Positions 59,567 through 64,000 of a stretch of DNA of 64,000 bases are shown one piece after another (the first letter of the stretch is position 1; each line of letters opens with the position of its first letter). Origin of the DNA: a bacterium (GTDB lineage: Bacteria > SAR324 > JACQKK01); contig OZ251219.1 of the NCBI GenBank assembly GCA_965240465.1, positions 256,001-320,000 of the forward strand, read 5' to 3'. Position numbers and translations under genes: made by a program. The notes under the pieces are model-generated. The model worked only from the letters and a program-made list of their open reading frames with translations. It did no database searches and was not told where the DNA came from.

Positions 59567-62500
59567 GTGCAAAAATTATCACTACTTTCGGCTTGTATTT
59601 TCGCTCTATTTCTAGCTAGCTGCGGGGGGAGTAGCGGAGGAGGAGGGAGGCCTGCTGATGCCGATTCCGATGGCGTCCCCGACAGCAAGGATCTGTGTGA
59701 AAATAGCCTTAACGAGAACTTCATCAGCAGTAGCATCACCGACGACGACAAGGACGGTTGCGAGGACAGCACCGAAGACCAAGATGGTGGTAATGGTAAA
59801 GACAAAGATAATGATGGCAAGGTAGGTGATGATGATAAATGTCCGCAGGGTGACACTAATTGGACGAGCGATGGTGACACCGACTACGACAGCGATGGTT
59901 GTCGGGATGAGGGGGGCGAGGACCGAGATGATGGTGATGGCACTGATGACGACAATGATGGCAAAGCTGATGCTGATGATAGCTGTCCCGAAGGTAACAC
60001 AAATTGGCTCAGCACCACTGACGCCACCACTGGCACTGACAAAGATGATGATGGTTGTCGGGATGCTAGCGAGGACCAAGATGGTGGTGATGGCACTGAT
60101 GAAGATAATGATGGTATTTCTGGCACTGACATCAATAGTGCTGAGCTTGATAAGTGCGAGAACGGCGACAAAGGCTGGACGAGCGGAAGCGACACCGACT
60201 ACGACAGCGATGGTTGTCGGGATGACAGCCCTGAAGACACTGATGACGACAATGACGAGGTCAACGATTTTAATGCAGACGGCAGCGAGCTAGACAAATG
60301 CCAAAAAAGTCTTGATAAAGACTTCATCAGCGATGACACCACCGACTACGATTCCGATGGCTGCAAAGATGACAGCCCTGAAGACACCGATGACGACAAT
60401 GACGAGGTAGACGATTTTAATGCAGACGGCAGCGAGCTAGACAAATGCCGAAAAAGTCTTGATAAAGACTTCATCAGCAGCACCACCACCGACTACGATT
60501 CCGATGGTTGCCAAGATGACAGCCCTGAAGACACTGATGACGACAATGACGGGGTAGACGATGTTGATGCAGTCGGTAGCGATCTAGACGAATGCCGAAA
60601 AGGCAATTTCTTCACCAGCGACGACACCACCGACTACGATTCCGATGGTTGCCAAGATGACAGCACTGAAGACACTGATGACGATAATGATGGCAAAGAT
60701 GATGATAGTGATAGCTGTGCCAAAGGTAACATAGGTTGGAGCAGAACCACTGACGCCACCACTGGCACTGACAAAGATGATGATGGTTGTCAGGATGCTG
60801 GCGAGGACCGAGATGGTGGTGATGGCACTGATGACGACAATGATGGCAAAGCTGATGTTGAGGATAACTGTCCCGAAGGTGACACAGGTTGGCTCAGCAC
60901 CACTGACGCCACCACTGGCACTGACAAAGATGATGATGGTTGTCAGGATGCTGGCGAGGATACCGATGGTGGTGATGGCACTGATGAAGATAATGATGGT
61001 ATTTCTGGCACTGACGCCAATAGCATTGAGCTTGATAAGTGCGAAGACGGCGACAAAGGCTGGACGAGCAATGACCAAACCGACAACGACAGCGATGGTT
61101 GTCGGGATGCTGGCGAGGATACCGATGACGACAATGACACCATCCTAGACGTCACTGACGTGGATGACGACAACAACGGTCTAATAGAAATTGCCACTGC
61201 TGAGGAGCTAATCAACATCCGCCACGATCTGGACGGCACTCACTATAATGATGGCAGTAATTCATCTGATGTGGGCTGTCCTACTACTAATCCTGTAGGT
61301 TGCAATGGCTATGAACTGCTCGGGGACATTGATTTAGTAGCCCCAGTTAGCCCTGATACTAAAAACTGGGATCCCGTTGCGGGGGATTTTACCGCTACCT
61401 TAGAAGGCAATGGTTTCACCATCAGTAACCTAACCATTAGCAATAACTCCACGCACACGGGCTTTCTTGCGGTCTTGCGGGGGACAGTCCAAAACTTGTC
61501 CTTTGTAGGAGGTTCAGTTACCAGTACGCGCTGGGACTCTGGTGAGAACTTTATAGGGGTTCTGGCAGGTTATAATCATGGAACAATATCGGGTGTTTCT
61601 GCAGGGGTTTCGGTTTTTGCCAATAATGGTAATTATGACAATGTGGGTGGCTTGGTAGGTTGGAATGCTGGCATCATTCAAAATGGCTCTGCCACTGGCA
61701 ATGTTAATGGCGGTGGTGGTATTGACTTTGTAGGTGGCTTGGTAGGTTGGAATGCTGGCACCATCGGAAATAGCTATGCCACTGGCAAGACCGATGGCGG
61801 TGCTGGTAATAATGGCCAGGTAGGTGGCTTGGTAGGTTGGAATGATGGCACCATTCAAAATAGCTATGCCACTGGCAAGGTTATTGGCGGTGCTGGTAAT
61901 GACCAGGTAGGTGGCTTGGTAGGTTATAATAGGTCTGGCACCATCGGAAATAGCTATGCCACTGGCAAGACCGATGGCGGTGCTGGTAATGACAGAGTAG
62001 GTGGCTTGGTGGGTACTGCTGCTGTCAGCATTCAAAGTAGCTATGCCACTGGCAAGGTTATTGGCGGTGCTGGTAATGACCAGGTAGGTGGTTTGGTGGG
62101 ATATGTTTATAATAGAATTTCTTCTGTAACCATTCAGAACAGTTATTCCTTAGGCGATGTGGATGGGGGCGAGGGAGCCGATGAGGTGGGACGCTTGCTG
62201 GGCAAAAAAGGTACTGGGCCTAAGGCAATTACAATTACCAGCAACTATTATGATAGTGGGAGTGCCCTAAATTTCGTTGCTAGCGACGATACCGAACAAA
62301 CCCTTACAGATTCCGAAGCTCTTGGCAAAACCAAAGCTCAGCTGAAAGCCATCAATCTGGATCCCCCCGATAATCAGGCTGCTTGCGAAGCAGCTGGCGG
62401 AACTTGGGATGGCACTGCATCATCATGTACTTCTGGTAATCTAACTGGCTGGAACGCTTTCAACTGGGAATTCCAAGCTGGCTTCTACCCCACCCTCAAG

Positions 62501-62599
62501 TCCTACAAGGTGGATTCCAGCGATGCCCAAATCGCAGGCACTCTACTCTGCGGGCAATTACCCGAAGCTGACTTCGTTCAGTGTACTCCTACGCCTTAG
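59567..62599 (+). CDS. Asp-rich/GLUG lipoprotein, paralogue 3
   Basis: Start moved to GTG 59567 by homology with the ATG of paralogue 2; same architecture. Confidence 0.85.
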   Translation: MQKLSLLSACIFALFLASCGGSSGGGGRPADADSDGVPDSKDLCENSLNENFISSSITDDDKDGCEDSTEDQDGGNGKDKDNDGKVGDDDKCPQGDTNWTSDGDTDYDSDGCRDEGGEDRDDGDGTDDDNDGKADADDSCPEGNTNWLSTTDATTGTDKDDDGCRDASEDQDGGDGTDEDNDGISGTDINSAELDKCENGDKGWTSGSDTDYDSDGCRDDSPEDTDDDNDEVNDFNADGSELDKCQKSLDKDFISDDTTDYDSDGCKDDSPEDTDDDNDEVDDFNADGSELDKCRKSLDKDFISSTTTDYDSDGCQDDSPEDTDDDNDGVDDVDAVGSDLDECRKGNFFTSDDTTDYDSDGCQDDSTEDTDDDNDGKDDDSDSCAKGNIGWSRTTDATTGTDKDDDGCQDAGEDRDGGDGTDDDNDGKADVEDNCPEGDTGWLSTTDATTGTDKDDDGCQDAGEDTDGGDGTDEDNDGISGTDANSIELDKCEDGDKGWTSNDQTDNDSDGCRDAGEDTDDDNDTILDVTDVDDDNNGLIEIATAEELINIRHDLDGTHYNDGSNSSDVGCPTTNPVGCNGYELLGDIDLVAPVSPDTKNWDPVAGDFTATLEGNGFTISNLTISNNSTHTGFLAVLRGTVQNLSFVGGSVTSTRWDSGENFIGVLAGYNHGTISGVSAGVSVFANNGNYDNVGGLVGWNAGIIQNGSATGNVNGGGGIDFVGGLVGWNAGTIGNSYATGKTDGGAGNNGQVGGLVGWNDGTIQNSYATGKVIGGAGNDQVGGLVGYNRSGTIGNSYATGKTDGGAGNDRVGGLVGTAAVSIQSSYATGKVIGGAGNDQVGGLVGYVYNRISSVTIQNSYSLGDVDGGEGADEVGRLLGKKGTGPKAITITSNYYDSGSALNFVASDDTEQTLTDSEALGKTKAQLKAINLDPPDNQAACEAAGGTWDGTASSCTSGNLTGWNAFNWEFQAGFYPTLKSYKVDSSDAQIAGTLLCGQLPEADFVQCTPTP

Positions 62600-62684
62600 G
62601 ATGAACTTTACCTCTTGACTTATTGCCTCTTTGGGTGCTACCTTAGGGGCTGGCACTTTCAGGCATTCTGACATAGGACTTTCC

Positions 62685-64000
62685 GTGCAAAAATTATCAC
62701 TACTTTCGGCTTGTATTTTCGCTCTATTTCTAGCTAGCTGCGGGGGGAGCAGTGGGGGTGGAGGAGGCGGGGGGCCTGCTGATGCCGATTCCGATGGCGT
62801 CCCCGACAGCAAGGATCTGTGCAAAAATAGCCTTAACGAGAACTTCATCAGCGACGACACCACCGACTACGATTCCGATGGTTGCCAAGATGACAGCCCT
62901 GAAGACACCGATGACGATAATGACGAGGTAGACGATTTTAATGCAGACGGCAGCGAGCTAGACAAATGCCGAAAAAGTCTTGATAAAGACTTCATCAGCG
63001 ACGACACCACCGACTACGATTCCGATGGCTGCAAAGATGACAGCCCTGAAGACACTGATGACGACAATGACGAGGTAGACGATTTTAATGCAGACGGCAG
63101 CGAGCTAGACAAATGCCGAAAAAGTCTTGATAAAGACTTCATCAGCAGCACCACCACCGACTACGACAGCGATGGTTGTCGGGATGACAGCCCTGAAGAC
63201 ACTGATGACGACAATGACGAGGTAGACGATGTTAATGCAGAGGGCGAGGAGCTAGACAAATGCCGAAAAAGTCTTGATAAAAACTTCATCAGCAGCACCA
63301 CCACCGACTACGATTCCGATGGTTGCCAAGATGACAGCCCTGAAGACACTGATGACGACAATGACGAGGTAGACGATTTTAATGCAGACGGCAGCGAGCT
63401 AGACAAATGCCGAAAAAGTCTTGATAAAGACTTCATCAGCAACGACACCACCGACTACGATTCCGATGGTTGCCAAGATGACAGCCCTGAAGACACTGAT
63501 GACGACAATGACGAGGTAGACGATTTTAATGCAGACGGCAGCGAGCTAGACAAATGCCGAAAAGGCAATTTCTTCACCAGCGACGACACCACCGACTACG
63601 ATTCCGATGGTTGCCAAGATGACAGCACTGAAGACACTGATGACGATAATGACGAGGTAGACGATTTTAATGCAGACGGCAGCGAGCTAGACAAATGCCG
63701 AAAAAGTCTTGATAAAGACTTCATCAGCGACGGCACCACCGACTACGATTCCGATGGTTGCCAAGATGACAGCCCTGAAGACACTGATGACGACAATGAC
63801 GAGGTAGACGATTTTAATGCAGACGGCAGCGAGCTAGACAAATGCCGAAAAAGTCTTGATAAAGACTTCATCAGCGACGACACCACCGACTACGATTCCG
63901 ATGGTTGCCAAGATGACAGCACTGAAGACACTGATGACGACAATGACGAGGTAGACGATTTTAATGCAGACGGCAGCGAGCTAGACAAATGCCGAAAAAG
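62685..64000 (+). CDS. Asp-rich lipoprotein, paralogue 4 (partial, runs off the window; missing from the ORF track)
   Basis: GTG start, QKLSLLSACIFALFLASCGGSSGGGGGGPADADSDGVPDSKDLC, then about 8 copies of a 147-bp (49-aa) Asp-rich unit. Confidence 0.88.
   Translation, partial: MQKLSLLSACIFALFLASCGGSSGGGGGGGPADADSDGVPDSKDLCKNSLNENFISDDTTDYDSDGCQDDSPEDTDDDNDEVDDFNADGSELDKCRKSLDKDFISDDTTDYDSDGCKDDSPEDTDDDNDEVDDFNADGSELDKCRKSLDKDFISSTTTDYDSDGCRDDSPEDTDDDNDEVDDVNAEGEELDKCRKSLDKNFISSTTTDYDSDGCQDDSPEDTDDDNDEVDDFNADGSELDKCRKSLDKDFISNDTTDYDSDGCQDDSPEDTDDDNDEVDDFNADGSELDKCRKGNFFTSDDTTDYDSDGCQDDSTEDTDDDNDEVDDFNADGSELDKCRKSLDKDFISDGTTDYDSDGCQDDSPEDTDDDNDEVDDFNADGSELDKCRKSLDKDFISDDTTDYDSDGCQDDSTEDTDDDNDEVDDFNADGSELDKCRK

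Noticed and set aside
55292-62863. Many antisense and off-frame ORFs inside the Asp-rich lipoprotein genes
   Set aside because: Shadow ORFs caused by biased, repetitive codon usage
54531-64000. Diversity-generating retroelement or invertase shufflon behind paralogue variation
   Set aside because: No reverse transcriptase in the window, differences are not confined to adenines, and all copies are co-oriented with no inverted recombination sites seen

Overview
Bacterial chromosomal window; the taxon cannot be fixed from sequence alone, and the large repeat-rich surface lipoproteins would fit a host-associated organism (inference). A housekeeping core is flanked by two tandem arrays of large modular lipoprotein genes. 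The core holds iscS-iscU-hscB-hscA-iscX, a leucyl aminopeptidase, ispH, an acyltransferase, a GldA/F/G-like ABC system, cysS, a LysM amidase, psd, ftsH, purM, queA, a FolM-like SDR, folB, gshA, a RibD reductase domain and three tRNAs. The left array (160-17178, minus strand) has five paralogues built from 4-13 shuffled CARDB/Ig-like modules. Each repeated unit also carries a candidate promoter, a terminator hairpin and a 3' fragment of an RNase HI (rnhA) gene that the ORF track misses. These fragments decay progressively along the array and record how it was amplified. The right array (54531 to the window end, plus strand) has at least four paralogues with Asp-rich TSP3-like repeats, a variable GLUG-repeat region and near-constant ends. 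Also present are an AT-rich type II R-M pair with a HEAT-repeat-fused methyltransferase, a DEDD exonuclease-NUDIX fusion, a small GIY-YIG-like protein, a Xer-like recombinase with degenerate catalytic residues, an orphan MbcA/Xre-type antitoxin domain, and many unrelated minisatellites at gene ends. No CRISPR array, transposase or reverse transcriptase was seen.
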